Assembly (NCBI RefSeq): GCF_006345805.1
Contig: NW_021832232.1
Span: 62,001 to 126,000 of the forward strand
Source of the DNA: Octopus sinensis
Lineage: Eukaryota
Length of the DNA: 64,000 bases
Direction of reading: 5' to 3'
In this document: one piece after another, positions 24,768 to 37,896 of the stretch
Layout: each line of letters opens with the position of its first letter
Position numbering within the stretch: the first letter of the stretch is position 1
The notes under the pieces: model-generated
The model's input: only the letters and a program-made list of their open reading frames with translations
Databases searched by the model: none
Told to the model about the DNA's origin: nothing
Position numbers and translations under genes: made by a program

Positions 24768-26161
24768 ATCCCACACGGAATTTTTGTCGAAACTATGGCC
24801 GTTCTGGAAGATATTTTAAAAGGCGTGCGGATCACCGATAAAAAAAACCTCCTCATCCTTGGCTCCCCAATTGGTCGCGAGGCTTTGTCTCAAACTCTTA
24901 TTGACAAGGCAGCTGTTCTGTCATGCATTATTCAAAGACTCTCTCTCATCGACGCTCATGTCGGGTTCTTTCTTCTCCGTAATTACTTTTCAACTCCGAA
25001 GCTCCTATATACATTAAGAAGCTCTCCGTGTTTTCACGAACAAAATCTCCTTTCCGTTGTTGAAAATATTCTGAAGTCCGGAGCAGAGTCGCTATGCAAC
25101 GTACGTTTCGACCCTCTGGGTTGGATTCAATCCACCCTGCCTGTAAGCCGCGGTGGGATTGGACTCCGTTCTCCCGTGTCTATCGCTCTTCCTGCTTTCC
25201 TTTCGTCAACGGCATCATCCCGTGTCCTCACTGACATTGTTCTCAGAAACCTACCCGAACGAAAAATGTCAGTTGATCACGTGGCCGCTTTGGACCTGTG
25301 GGATTCATTGTACAACAAAAGACCCAGTGACCCGTGTATCCAAGCTCAATGGGATGCCATTTCTTGTGAAGCTCTTGACGTACATCTACGCAAAAATTTC
25401 GATCAGCACAGACTTGCATGTCTCCGCGCAGGCTGCTGCACAGGGAGTGGGGCCTGGCTGGATGCTCTCCCTGTCCCTTCCACCGGTAACTTACTAGACA
25501 AAGATTGCCTACGAATTGGTTTATCATTGCGTCTTGGATTGGAAATCTGCGAAATACACAAATGTCGTTGTGGTGCTGTCATTGATCGTTTTGGTCTACA
25601 TCCCCTTTCCTGTCGTCGCAGTGCAGGGCGCGCACCACGCCATGCAGCACTTAACGACGTTATTCAGAGGGGCTCACGGCCGCTGGGATTCCATCAATCC
25701 TCGAACCTGTCGGGCTTGCGAGGGGAGACGGAAAAAGACCGACGGCCTATCGACTTTCCCGTTTGAGTTCGGCAAGTCTCTGTTATGGGATGCGACGTGT
25801 TCAGACACTTTCTCGGAGCTCAACCTTCCTTCTTCAGCTGTCGAGCCTGGCTCAGTCTCTCGCAAAACGAGAAGATGAAGATTGGAAAGTACAAGGAGCT
25901 CTCTGAACGGTATCTGTTCACTCCCATCGCCGTCGAGACTTCCGGCGTCATCGGCGAAAAGTCTCTTTCCTTTCTAAAAAGCTTGGCCGCATGATCTCCC
26001 ATAAACGGGGAGACCCACGCGAGTCCAAGTGGCTTTTCGAAAGGATTTCCTTGGCCATAGTACGTGGAAACTGTGTTTCCATTTACGAGGCCGGAAATTT
26101 AGTTAGTTAATAACTATTTGTTAATTACATTTAACTTTTTGACCAAAAAAAAAAAAAAAAA
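24768..26161 (+). mobile_element. 5'-truncated CRE-clade RLE retrotransposon (RT C-terminus, zinc knuckle, RLE) with poly(A)
   Basis: ORF 24795-25766 has LGSPIG, PKLLYTLRSSP and CRCG..GLHPLSC..RHAALND. Frameshifted RLE motifs LLWDATCSDTF, KYKELSERYLFTPIAVETSG and RISLAIVRGN follow. Poly(A) at 26145-26161; candidate TSD AAAAAAACAAAT. Confidence 0.9.
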
Positions 26162-26199
26162 CAAATCATTTCTAATTAGAAATCAAGTGGGCATTTCAA

Positions 26200-26330
26200 A
26201 AACAAACGACCGGAATAAGACGAGTTGGCTCTTTCAGCGAATCTCGATCGCCGTGTTCTTCGGAAACTTCCATTCAATAAGCAATACGTCCTTGAGCCGA
26301 CCCTCAGGCTCTCGACTATTCTTTGAGTTA
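26200..26330 (+). mobile_element. Short 3' remnant of another CRE-like lineage
   Basis: Encodes WLFQRISIAVFFGNFHSI, matching the CRE C-terminal motif. Confidence 0.55.
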
Positions 26331-26768
26331 CTTTTTCTTTTATCCAACCTAAAAAATATGTATTTTAGTATATAAAAAAGTGGGCATTTTGGAAAATATG
26401 TTGCAAGACCTATAATGTTGATTGAAAGTATATTTCAACCATTACTGATTTATTATACCATTTCACGATCGATTTACGACGATAACACATTTTGCTTGTC
26501 TAATCATCCAAGCTTGAGTTTCGTGCTAGGAGGTTCGTGGTGAAAGTCAATAGTTCTAATCTTGTTTTATGTAAAATAGTAAATTCTTTTCTCAAAGTAC
26601 AGAATTATTCAAAACCGATATCGTCAAGCATTGATTATTGATTATTTTGTCTTTTGTCTTAAATAGCATAGCTCCGATATATTGTTATAATTGCAATTTG
26701 GAGTTTTCTTATTTTTTATTTATTATTTGTTTATTGCTTAAAATGATTAAATATAAACATTCTCTATA

Positions 26769-28101
26769 ATGATCACATTTTCACATAATTTGCCATATCC
26801 TAATAAATTCCCGTCCAGTACTGTAATGCATTCAATAAAGCTATATTTATTATTGATTTATAATAATATCGACTTTTAAGTGACCGAAGCTGCACCAGAT
26901 AGAAGGAAAGGAGGTTTTTTAAGACTTTCAAAAATCCTATAGTATCGGCTGAACCATACGATCCATCGATTGAAGATGCTGACAATGATGAACCACTGGT
27001 TGAAATCCACTTTTCAGTCCTCTAGCGATACTATCAAAAAACCAACGACCAAAAAAAACGACTCACAGAAAATGTTAGAAATATTCTCATATTTCGGAAC
27101 CTGAGCGAGGTTTTTGAAAAATTAATTTCTAGGCCGACTTGAACGCTACCCTCGACGCAATGTTTGAGAAAAAAGTGATTTCTTTATGGAGTATACTTGC
27201 AGGTTAGCAAAGGGGAGATCATCGTCAAAGAGAACGACGACCAAGACTATTTTTATGTAATAGAAGAGTAATTCAATATTCAACAAATTCAGTGGAGTTT
27301 TCGACGTTTTTAAAACCATGTCCAACGGCTCGCAGTCCAAAGTGCTGACATACAACAACAGTGGTTTCTTCGGGGAGTTGGCTTTGATGTACAACCAGCC
27401 GAGGGCAGCCACCGTTAAAGCAGTCAATAATGGAATTCTGTGGTGCATGGTATTTTGTTTAACAGTCTAATTGACAAGGACAGGAAAACCTTCAAAAAAA
27501 TTATAGTTCGGGGAGCATTCAACAAGCGGAAGGTCTATGAGAATCTCGTCAATAAAGTCAAGATTCTCTCCGCCTTGCCTGTTTTTTGTGATCTGTATAT
27601 TGTAGGAGTATGACACCATCAAGATAACCGACGCTCTTGTCACCTACCAATTTGAAAAAGGCCATCAAATAATCAAACAAGTTTTACTTTTTATGCATTC
27701 CAGGGGGACGAAGCAAATGGAATTTATTTCATCGAGTCGGGCGATGTTGTCTGCAAAGCGTCTGTTCCTGGAAATATGAATGAAGAGAAGGTCGTGAATC
27801 GCCTCACCCAGGGCGACTACTTTGGAGGTATTCCAGACCCCTCTCTCAAACATTTTGGATAATAATTCTTAGAACTGGCAATTCTATTCAACAAACCACG
27901 GGTTGTGTCAGTATACGCAGAGACTCCCGTTGTTTGTGCATGTACGCTTGTTTGTGTTCAAATGTAGTCTTGGATGTGGAGGCCTTTGAGCGCTTAATTG
28001 GGCCTTATTCTTCTTTTTTAGCTGACAAATTTGATGAGTATCATGCTCAGCTGAAGGAAATTGTTGGAATGGATTTTGACTTTTCCGACCTTCGCTCTTA
28101 A
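26769..28101 (+). CDS. PRKAR: cAMP-dependent protein kinase regulatory subunit (RII-like body)
   Basis: RRKG|VSAEPYDP, KTNDQKKRL, QGENDDQDYFYVIE-like CNB-A, FFGELALMYNQPRAATVKA, and CNB-B QGDYFG..NKPR. The start is uncertain. Confidence 0.88.
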
Positions 28102-29119
28102 TATTTAATGGCCTAACTTAATTAATACTCTTACAAATACTTGTTTACATTTCTCCGGTCACTCTATTTCCAGACTCTGACTCCACACTTTAACACAACC
28201 CTGCCTGAACTGTTTACGTGAATCATTCTTTACCTCTGGGAATACAATTTCGATCTTGCTCAACAAGTGTAGGGATTGTTAGATGGGGTCCCGACTATAT
28301 TCCAATAAGTTCCTCTGGGCAAAAAGGAGGCTTGCGAAGACTTCTAAAGAGTGTTATTGAGAGGTAGAGACTACTCATCAACGACTTTAAGGACGAAAAT
28401 CAACCACTCTCTCCCCAGCAATACCCCCGAACAAAGGCATTCTCGAGGAAAACTAATCAGTGACAATCAATAAAGCCCCGTTCGGATGCTGCAAGGCTTG
28501 AAAGCAACAATCTTTAACCAATGTATAAAAATACAAATTCAATTTTGATTTGGTCAATCATGACTTTTTTGAGGGAATTTTTGAAAACCCTGACCTATCT
28601 TACGGGATCGTCTGGAGAGTGCATTTCTTGCCACGAGTGCTTTTGATTAATCGTTTAAAGGGGATATTGAATATAAATCATCCAAACTATAAATGATGGC
28701 TCCCTATGGCTCTTTTATGTACACAACAAAACATTATGTTCTAAAAATAGTTCTGAGGATAAGGTAATTCGACTGGAAATAGAAATTACTTAGGACGACA
28801 TTATGAACTATAAATTTTTCATTCCCCAACAATACAGCTGACAAAGAAATGTGAAATTAATAAATCTTTAAAATCCAGAAAAAAATTGGCAAAAATTCTT
28901 TCAAAATCTTTTCCCCCCTAAAATGATGAGGTTTCCAAAAATCTTCCACCCAAAAAACTAACATATCAAGAATATCCTCAATAATGAAGTCCTTAAAACC
29001 TTCCCGCCAAAAAATTAAAAAAATATTTTCTTGATTTGACACGTTTATATTTGGAATGAGTGAGTTTGGTTTTAAAATCCTGCATTTTAAAATCCTGCAT
29101 TTGCTAACTCATTTATAAA

Positions 29120-29605
29120 AGGAAGTTAATTTATTAGGCCGGTCTCGAAATGGCGGGCCATTCGTGCCTCCTCGAACCGGTCGGACTCGATCGGGGAGAT
29201 GGCAAAAGGCCTGACGGGATGACAATATTCCCGTACTCGTCGGGGAAGGCCCTTGTATGGGATGTCACCGTTGTGGATACCTTTTCGAAATCGAGGATCC
29301 ATTCTTCTGCGGCAAACCCTTGTTCGGCTGCAAACCACGCCGAAAAGATAAAAATACATAAATATTCTTCGCTCGCGGACCGCTACCGCGTTACGGCAAT
29401 CGCTCTGGAGACCGCTGGAGTTGCAGGAAAGGAGACTGACTCGTTCCTCAAAGAGGTCGGGCAGTCCATCGGGAGAAGGCTCAAGGACTCGAGAGAGAGC
29501 CTCTGGTTCCGCCAGCGCATCGGCCTGGCCATTGTTCGGGGCAACGCACACTGCGTCCTCGCCGCTGGAACTTAACTATTTTCGGTCTTAATAAATTAAC
29601 TTCCT
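29120..29605 (+). mobile_element. TIR-bounded 486-bp cassette with 9-bp TSD carrying an intact CRE-type RLE endonuclease ORF
   Basis: A perfect 17-bp inverted repeat (29120-29136 / 29589-29605), direct repeat ATTTATAAA (29111-29119 and 29606-29614), and a 141-aa ORF 29150-29575 with RPDG, WDVT..DT, KY, ALETAG and RIGLAIVRGNA. Confidence 0.8.
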
Positions 29606-29871
29606 ATTTATAAAAGTATGATTTGTTGCCATTTGTAATAAAAAAATTTTCAGTAAGTTTTCAATTTAAACAAGTTATTTAAGACCTAAGCTCACAGGCA
29701 CCAAAGAGCCCAAATTTCAGATATATCTTATACTCGATGTAAAATGTTGTAATCAACAGAATCGATGGATTTGGGAAATATTTTATTTCCTCATTTATAT
29801 AACAAGGACATGGGTAGAATAAACAGCACATCCAAATGAGTCGTGCCACATGAACTGTCGCTTCACAATTT

Positions 29872-31064
29872 ATTTATTTATTTATTTACCCCCGGCCCCT
29901 TCAATTGAAGGAAGCCGGTGGCTAACAAGAACGTTAGGGCCAATGTCGGACGCTCCCAAAGATCCCCGATCGTGATCCGGTGTTCCGAGGAAGTAGAAGG
30001 CGGGCCTGGACAGGAGAAAAGGTCGTTGAGGGAATAGGAAGGGGTTATTTCACCAAGACCGATTTTTATGCGATAATCGTGTAGGCCAGTATGGTGGCCA
30101 CAGCGGAGACGAGCCAAGTTCACTCGGGCTTCTCTTGAGAGGGAGGATTCGATCTTATTAATTGGCGGCGGAAGGCGTCCCAGAAGCTTGTTTATTCCAA
30201 GACATCTGATTGCCCTCGTAGCCACCAGGTCGTGAATCCCCTTCTGGTTAATGTCCGGAGGGGATCGTATAAGCTTGCGGACTTTGTCCGCGAGGGTCGG
30301 AACTATTCTCCTGTTGTTAGTGGAGTGCCAGAGGAAGTAGCCAGGGTGATTTAGGGTTCGGCATTTGTCAAGAAATTGCAGCCCGAGCATTTCAAAATGG
30401 TCACTGATTGGAAGGATTTTCGATTCCCATGTAGGTGGTCGGTAGGTGTCGTTTTTAGACAGCCGGTAATAATTCGTAATGCTGAGTTTTGAGTTCTCTG
30501 AAGTTTTTCAAGGTTTGTATTAGATAAGCAGGAACCCCAAGCAGGGATGGCGTAGTTCATAGTTGTTCTAATAAACTGCTTGTATACAGTTGTTAGACTT
30601 TCCTTATCCTGCCCAAATGAAGTCCCCGCAATAGCTCGGAGCACATTGAGTTTTTCTGGGATTTCCACAGATATATGAAACATGTTTCGAGAAGGACAAA
30701 CAGCAATCAAATATCAGACCCAAGATTTTGGGGGATTTTTCAACTGGGAGTGGAGTGTTGTCTAGGAATAGTTTAGGCTCTAAGTTGAACTGACGGCGGT
30801 CAGTTGTGAATAGCGTAACAGATGATTTGGAAGGAGAAGGTTGAAGAAGATTGCATTTCAGCCAGGACGAAAGAGTGTTCATGTGTTCCTGCAGAAATCC
30901 AGAAGCGTGATTATGTTTTGGTGGCGGGAGGCAAAAATTAAGTCATCAGCGTAGGAGAGAAGTAGAGTATTATTGTTCGTCGGGATATTTGACAGATGTA
31001 AGTTAAATAAGGCAGGTGAAAGGACCGAGCCTTGGGGAACTCCGTTAGGCAAGACACCACCCAC
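29872..31064 (-). mobile_element. 5'-truncated APE-type (I-group-like) LINE with (TAAA)n tail and 17-bp TSD
   Basis: GVPQGSVLSPALFN, YADD, ILGLIFD, LQRTQNSALRIITG and LARLRCGH. TSD CTGTCGCTTCACAATTT at 29855-29871 and 31065-31081. TATT repeats on + from 29871. Confidence 0.9.
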
Positions 31065-31669
31065 CTGTCGCTTCACAATTTTCAGTTTGATTGTTTCAAG
31101 TTGAGTTATAAGTAGACCACAACTATTAAAATTATTACAAATTATTTATTAATATGTTGATTGTTGTCGTGTGGTGTCTACTCAACCCAACCAAACAAAA
31201 ACTTCAAAATGTGTACTGTGGAGAGGATAACTGCTACGAAGGTACTCCCACATGTTGATTTGGCAGTCCTGGGAGTGCCACAGAACTGTTCGAGAGTACC
31301 ACTAACTGTGATTCCCAGAGTGAAATCAGACGAGCATATCGACGACAGGCTGCTGCATGGCATCCCGACAGTAACCCCAACTCCTCCTCCGACCGCTTCA
31401 GACTGATAACAGCCGCCTACGAGGTAGAAGGCGAGGAGATCACAATAGGTACTCCGACACGAGGACTCACGGAAGGACTACGACTACATGCTGTCCCACC
31501 CAAGTACACCACCCTCCCTACTCAGGCGAGAAATATCGAAATTATTTTAATTACTATCGGCGGAGGACGTCACCGAAAGTGGATATTCGTGTGGTCGTGG
31601 TCAGTCTGGTGGTGGTGACCTCCCTCATCCAGGTGACTGTTCCCCTCATCTTTAGTACTACTCACTACA

Positions 31670-32090
31670 ACTCAATCGGAGAACTGCTCTTGCCACTGCT
31701 CTGGCCAATCCTGTCTTCCGAGCTCACGTGATGGTTGGAGAGGACACCACCCACCTGTTGAAGTATGATTGGTGGAGTATTTCTGTTCTTTGGGCAGTCC
31801 GTGGGATAGTTTGTTCATTTGGAGGATATTCTGTTTTCCATTTGTCCTCCTCAGGTACTGTCTTTCCACACTCCGCTGGATATTGTGTGGGCGGACTATG
31901 GGGAGAGAGGACAAGTTGTATTTGATTCGCAAGAATTTTGGATGTGATGAGACCTTCTGGGCGGTAACAGGCTTTTTTATATTCCAGATTATTCCTGATC
32001 AACTTAAAAACGAGTTTCTGGCTCAGGAAATGTGGATTCCACAGAATTTTAATGTTTACTTTTTTTAGTAGTCGTAGAAGTGGCTTCAAG
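31670..32090 (-). mobile_element. Probable degenerate non-LTR RT fragment
   Basis: The minus strand reads CYRPEGLITSKILANQIQ and NIQRSVERQ..KQNILQMNK, resembling early RT subdomains with frameshifts. Confidence 0.4.
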
Positions 32091-32757
32091 GTCGATCCAA
32101 AGGAAGGAAAAAGTCCAAATCAAAAAAACGTTATAATTAGTCAAATATTTTCTTTATTATTTAATTTTATACTCCTGAATACTTGTTGACTATTCCAATT
32201 TTCCTTAATGATTATCCCACAATATCAACAAGTCATTTCCAACTACATTTGGTCTTCTTTCTATCAGTTAGTTTGCCAGCTCAATGTACTCAAAGATTGC
32301 AAAGCTATAATATTTATAATCTGTGTCGGGATAGTGTTGTTCCGTAGCTCTGCTTCGTTGATACTAGTTTTCATACAAATTTACTCGATAAGTTATTTTC
32401 TGCTAAATAAATTTATTATTTTTTTCGCAAATTATTGACCAGTTTCTTAGAATCTCGTTGTTTTTAGGAATAAATCAAGATATTAGAAAATTTTATTATT
32501 TTTTAACTATTACTGCCTAAAGTAAAAACATAATGATTTGGGACTAATCAATAATAGATGTAACTAAGGGCGAAACAAGATCTACGAAATAGGCACATTC
32601 TTAATTTGTGATTTTTACTGAATAAATTAAAATTTGTTAAAAAATTTGCCTTTGGGGTATGTCTCGTAAATTCCCGATTATTTAATTAAAAAAATAGTTA
32701 CGGCTAACAACACTAGAATATGAAGGTAACTAAAATTATTAAAATATTAATTATTTC

Positions 32758-35701
32758 ATGTTTATTTTAAATCAAGCTCAATCAATTTGTTGCTTAGAAG
32801 TCAATTTAAACAAACTTCAAATGAATTTATTTGTGAGTTTTGATTCGTTTTATAAAATAAACTCTTATGCTTTAAATTTGCAGGAATTAAAAAATCTTGA
32901 AGGACAGCTTTGTTATTTTCAAGATCAAAAAAGAATAATTGGTAAATTTTATTTGTTTAAAGTTAAAGATTTTGTTATCGTATATAAAAATAGCGACAAA
33001 GAACATACAACTACTCGAGAGTTTTTTCTGAAAGAATTACAGCTAATGGGACTCGAAATAGAATCGGTCATAAATTGCAAATATTTTAAGGAAAATTCTA
33101 CATTCGAAAGGACATTTGTAAAAATATTTACACCATTTGAAATAATGTGCAAATACGCAGAACTAATGAAATTTCCAATATCAGTCGAGGTTTGGCATTG
33201 CAATTTCATGTTCCAGTCGCGGACGAGTTACCAAGGAAAAACTTTAATCAAAAGGTTTGTAAGTCAAAAGAATTTTAAAACGCGGTCGAAAACAATCAGT
33301 GTCCCCTTTATAAATCGTTATCGAGACAAGTGCGTGTCTGATTGACCGTCTAGATACATTGGTATTAACAATCAAGATACATTTTTCTCTCTTAAGCAGA
33401 GGCAGAGAATAACTTGGGAAATCATATCTGAGTGCAGATGCGACGTGAGTGACCCCTCGACTGTTGGGATCAACCATTTGATCAAGATGAACGTGTTTGA
33501 AGCTGCTTATCCTCTTCATGATGTGATCAAACTATTTTTTGCATCACCAGAATAGAGATCGGATTCTGCTTTTTCTGTCAAAGGAATCTTGCGCAAATCA
33601 TGGGCGTCATTCAGCAAAATTTATTCTAAGCAGCCCCTCAAATATATTCGGCACTATTTCGGGGAAAATGTAGCTATGTATTTTTCGTGGCTAGGTACAA
33701 ACTGATTGTCGTTTTTCAGGGTTTTACACGTCATTTTTGGCTACGGGGGCATTGATAGGAGTCATAGTCATCATATACGGCGCCGTCACGTCGAGTGACT
33801 TTATTCCCCTGTATTTATTTGGAAAAGACACACGACTAGAAATGACATTTGCTACGGAAATTACACTATTTGCTCAATTTGTGACACATGTTCAAATTGG
33901 AATTTAAGCGACTATTGCACTGAAAATAAAATTGGATATTTGTTTGACAACGACGGGACAATTTTGTATTCTGTGTTTATCACAATTTCGGGTAATTTGT
34001 TGCATTTTTATGTAATTTAGCAATAATTTTTTTAGAACTTTGGAAAAGACAGAGTAGACTAAATGCTCATCTTTGGGAATGTGACATTGTCGACACAGAA
34101 AATGTATTTTTATCAATAAATTTTTAGAAGAAAATCCGGCCTCAATATGCGGCTAAATCCAAATCGAAGAAAACAAATCCCGTGACTGGCCAATTAGAGC
34201 CATTCATCAAAGCATCAAAAATTATAAGAAAAAAAATTATTTCTTGGTCATTTCTCTTATTCATGGTTAATACGCGAATCAATATTGCTTGTAAATAAAT
34301 CAATGCCCTTGCCATAGGGAAAAATGCCTATAACATTTCCACGTAAATTATCACTTAACATAATTGATTAAATATGTTGATTTAGGTTGTTAATGTCTTG
34401 ATCTCTGGGATTTCTGTGATTGTGTATCGCTCTACGATTTCCGCCGTAATTGCAAAAAACAACAGTAACGTCCACAAGTGGTCGCGACTGATTGCTTCCT
34501 TAACAGGAGCGACGATAAGTTTTATAATCATAAAATTGTTGAGTCTTGTTTACATGATACTTGCAAAGAAACTGACTCAATGGGGTTTGATAATTAAAAT
34601 GAATATTTATAGAAATGCACAAGACTCAAGAAAATTTTGAAAACAATTATGCAGTAAAAGGATTCATATTTCAATTTGTCAATTTTTGTTCTCCTTTAAT
34701 CTACATTGCATTCTTCAAGGGAAGGTTTACTGGATACCCAGGACACTACAACAAAATTTTTGGGACTAGATTGGAACAAGTAAATCGATTTATAACCAAA
34801 TAATTAACCAGTGCAGTGAAAACGGCTGCATGTACGATTTAGGTATCCAACTCGGAATCATTCTTATTGGTACACACGTTGTCAATAATATTTGCGAAGT
34901 TCTAATTCCGTGAGAATTTAAACTATAAAAATATTAGATTTATTAAAAAACGGATTAAAACAAACCGAAAGTTGACTCCTGTTTCAGAAATCTGGGAAAA
35001 AAATTATTTTCTTGCCGAATATCCCGGACTGTTTGACGAATATTTGGAAATGGGTGAAAATCACTTTTAATTCGCTAGTTTTGCAATTTGGATTAGTTAC
35101 AATGTTCGCAATGGCATTACCGATTCTGCCTCTTTTTTCTCTGATCAACAACATGCTCGAAATCAGAATTGACGCTTTCAAATTTATGAATTTCTACAGA
35201 CGACCAATTGCAGAAAGACGCAAAAATATTGGAATTTGGAACGAAATTCTGAACATTTTAGTCAGGATGAGCGTCCTAGTTAACGTAGTAGTCTGATTGA
35301 TAACATTGTAGGCACTACTAATTGCATTCACATCCACTTTTTTAGAAAGAGTGCTTTATAGATATGAGTATAATCCCCAGTTGCAAGGATATGTGAATAT
35401 GAGCTTGGCCACTCACGTCGATTCAAATGGTCAAATCTGCAGGTTTTACAAACCTACTCTTCATTTTGAAGATATCATGGATTAAGAGATCAAAATGGAA
35501 TTCATACAACTTATTATTGGAAATTGGTAACGATTCGACTGATTTTTATAATTGTTTTCGAAGTTGAATTCATTTTCGTATTATTTATAGAAAACAATAT
35601 TTTCAATCCAAAAAGTGATTGATGTATTAGTCCCCGACATCCCCAAACATATCTTGATTGAGAAAAAAAGAAAGAAATATTTAGCCCAAACATGTTATAA
35701 C
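32758..35701 (+). CDS. ANO: Anoctamin (TMEM16) family channel/scramblase, many short introns
   Basis: GINHLIKMNVFEAAYPLHD, IRHYFGENVAMYFSW, FDNDGT, NPVTGQLEP, FQFVNFCSPLIYIAFFKGRF, LFDEYLEM and NNMLEIRIDAFKF. The start is approximate. Confidence 0.92.
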
Positions 35702-36022
35702 CAAATTTGGTTGGAGTAAGTTCTTGCTTTAGTTTATATTTAATAGAATTGGGGACGACATCAAAAAACGTGGAAATCAGAATAATAAATAAAAGTATAC
35801 TAACATAGATAACAACCAAATAATATTTATTTATCAATTTTAACTATTTTTGACTATGAAATTTCATTAATAACACATGAAAATCAATTACGTGTGCCTA
35901 AAATCATATTTTGTTTGCAAAAAGTTTTTGGACTGATTTAACATTTATTAACAAAAATTTATGAATAAACACAGCAATCAAAAATAAAACCGGCAGAAAA
36001 TGTTACCATATTTAAAAATGCA

Positions 36023-37847
36023 TTATTCTCTACAAACATACTCCAAAATATCTCCCAGGCGATCAGAACAGACATTTTCGGATATCATCTCAGCAGCGAC
36101 TATCTTAAGATTGTATCCCATTCTTGTCCTGCACACATAGTACATGTAATCTTGACACAAATAATGAAAAAGTTGGAAATTCCACAAAACCGACGACCGA
36201 AGAATAACCAGTTCTCGAACCACCAAAGCCCTATAAATCAGACCATCAAAACTTACAAAAACAAAGACCAACATGAAATCAAAGTTCGATAACTATTTTC
36301 ATCAGGAAACCGAACGAAAATATCAATGACGTCCAAAACCCATTTTTGCCATTCAGTCAAATTCATAAAAAGTTTAACTCCCGCGAAAAAATGATCTTGA
36401 ATTGAGACAAGAACCTCTTCCTCGCACCTTAACGACCATTTCATTTGAGTCTATGAATCAACAGAAAAATAGACTCGAATATGATCAAAATCTATCGCAG
36501 CAATCTCTTTAATCATAATTTCGTTTTCTCCACCACAGTCGCCTATTTTTTGTACGTTTTTTGACAGAATTTTCAAGGATAGTCGTACTTTATAAAAATT
36601 CACAAAGGAGGACGCAACACTGCACTATTTTGTAAACGGCACACCCGATACTACTTTAATGGTCATAAGGAGAGGACTGGAGAGACACATCAACACGGAC
36701 TTTGTTTGTTCCTTGACTTGTTGAGAAAAAGTGTGGTACCCATCAAACAATCCTTAAATATTATCTATCAATTACCGGATGCAAGGTCGTCGGGGATGAA
36801 CGAATCGAGCAAATGTTGGAAGAACAGACAATCAGTCTGGAATATAAATGAAAGAATAAATTTTCTTTTAATCAGGGAATTCAAATCAGTTTTTTGCAGT
36901 CTGTGCATTAAAAACAAATAAAAACTTTGCCTCTCCCAGCGAGAATTCCCCATTCCAAAAAAGCCTCCAAACTTCAAAAACAGCAGGAAACTGACGGTTG
37001 ATAAAATGTTCATAACTTTTCTATAACACATCAAACCAAAAAACAACAGCCAAGTGATTTTTGTATAAGGATACAAAGACAAACGCATCCTCCGAGCAAA
37101 AAGGTGGCACAGTGAAGGGAATATTTGGAAATCGAGCCAAATGTGAACACGGAGAATTTAAAGACGCCTCTTTTAACTTCACAGACTCGTTTTCCCGAAT
37201 ATCCAATCCCATAGAAGAGACCTTTTGTCGAATTCCGTAGTAGTGGTATTTGGAATTACCTCTGAAAACTAAAAAATCAAGGCCAACCGAGTCCCCAGTC
37301 TCCTTGTCGAAATTGGAGAAAAAGTGTTTCTTACGAGTTTCCCAAAAGATGCTTGGTTCATTGCGGTTTCTCCCCGCATGTTGCAGTAATTCATATACAT
37401 AATATAAATAGTGCTCCGAGCAATGGAAGCCCCCTCGGAATATTCAAACTTTTCGGTGAGCCATTTAGACTAGAAATTGTAAAATCCATAATAACCGTTT
37501 CTTTGAAATTGGGATTGATTTCTTGGGAGTTGTCGGACTGTTTTGGAGTGTTGTTGACAGGGAAGTCTGGAATGAATACATTCTTAAGAAAATAAAATTA
37601 AAATCGTACGGGAGCGGAGAATATATATTTAATGTCCGTTGGTTGGTGTTGTGGTTCGTATTCTGGAAAATTATTTCTAAATGTCTATGAGAGTTATAAA
37701 TACGTCCAGTCATTAATTTCTGTGGGATTATAATTTTGAGTAATTTGTGAGGGAATGCAGTAAGGCTCATATCGAGAACGAGAAGGCGGCTCGTGATTTA
37801 GAGAATTAGTTTACCCTGTATTTATGATTATATGGCTGATTAGTCAT
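36023..37847 (-). CDS. RFX: RFX transcription factor (RFX1/2/3, daf-19 type)
   Basis: The DNA-binding domain, not shown in the ORF track, reads KWLTEKFEYSEGASIARSTIY..MNQASFGKLVRNTF..TRRLGTR|GNSKYHYYGIR. The C-terminal dimerisation region reads WNFQLFHYLCQDYMYY. Confidence 0.9.
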
Positions 37848-37882
37848 TTTTAATCTAAAAATATTGCTTTATTTGTTCTTAG

Positions 37883-37896
37883 GTTACCAAGGTTAC
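37883..37896. promoter_or_regulatory. X-box-like motif upstream of the RFX gene
   Basis: GTTACCAAGGTTAC (reverse complement GTAACCTTGGTAAC), about 36 bp upstream of the predicted ATG at 37847. Confidence 0.45.

Noticed and set aside
28140-28860. Possible further RT fragment
   Set aside because: Only faint motif resemblance across many frameshifts; the family could not be supported.
29076-29103. 15-bp tandem duplication TAAAATCCTGCATTT
   Set aside because: Only two copies; ordinary slippage or a transposon-end feature.
31130-31660. GC-rich ORF-like segment as a host gene
   Set aside because: It lies between retroelement pieces, has stops and no short-intron structure; probably transposon-derived.
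32696-32712. GTTACGGCTAAC as an X-box for anoctamin
   Set aside because: It is a poor match with no spacer, and the gene start is uncertain.
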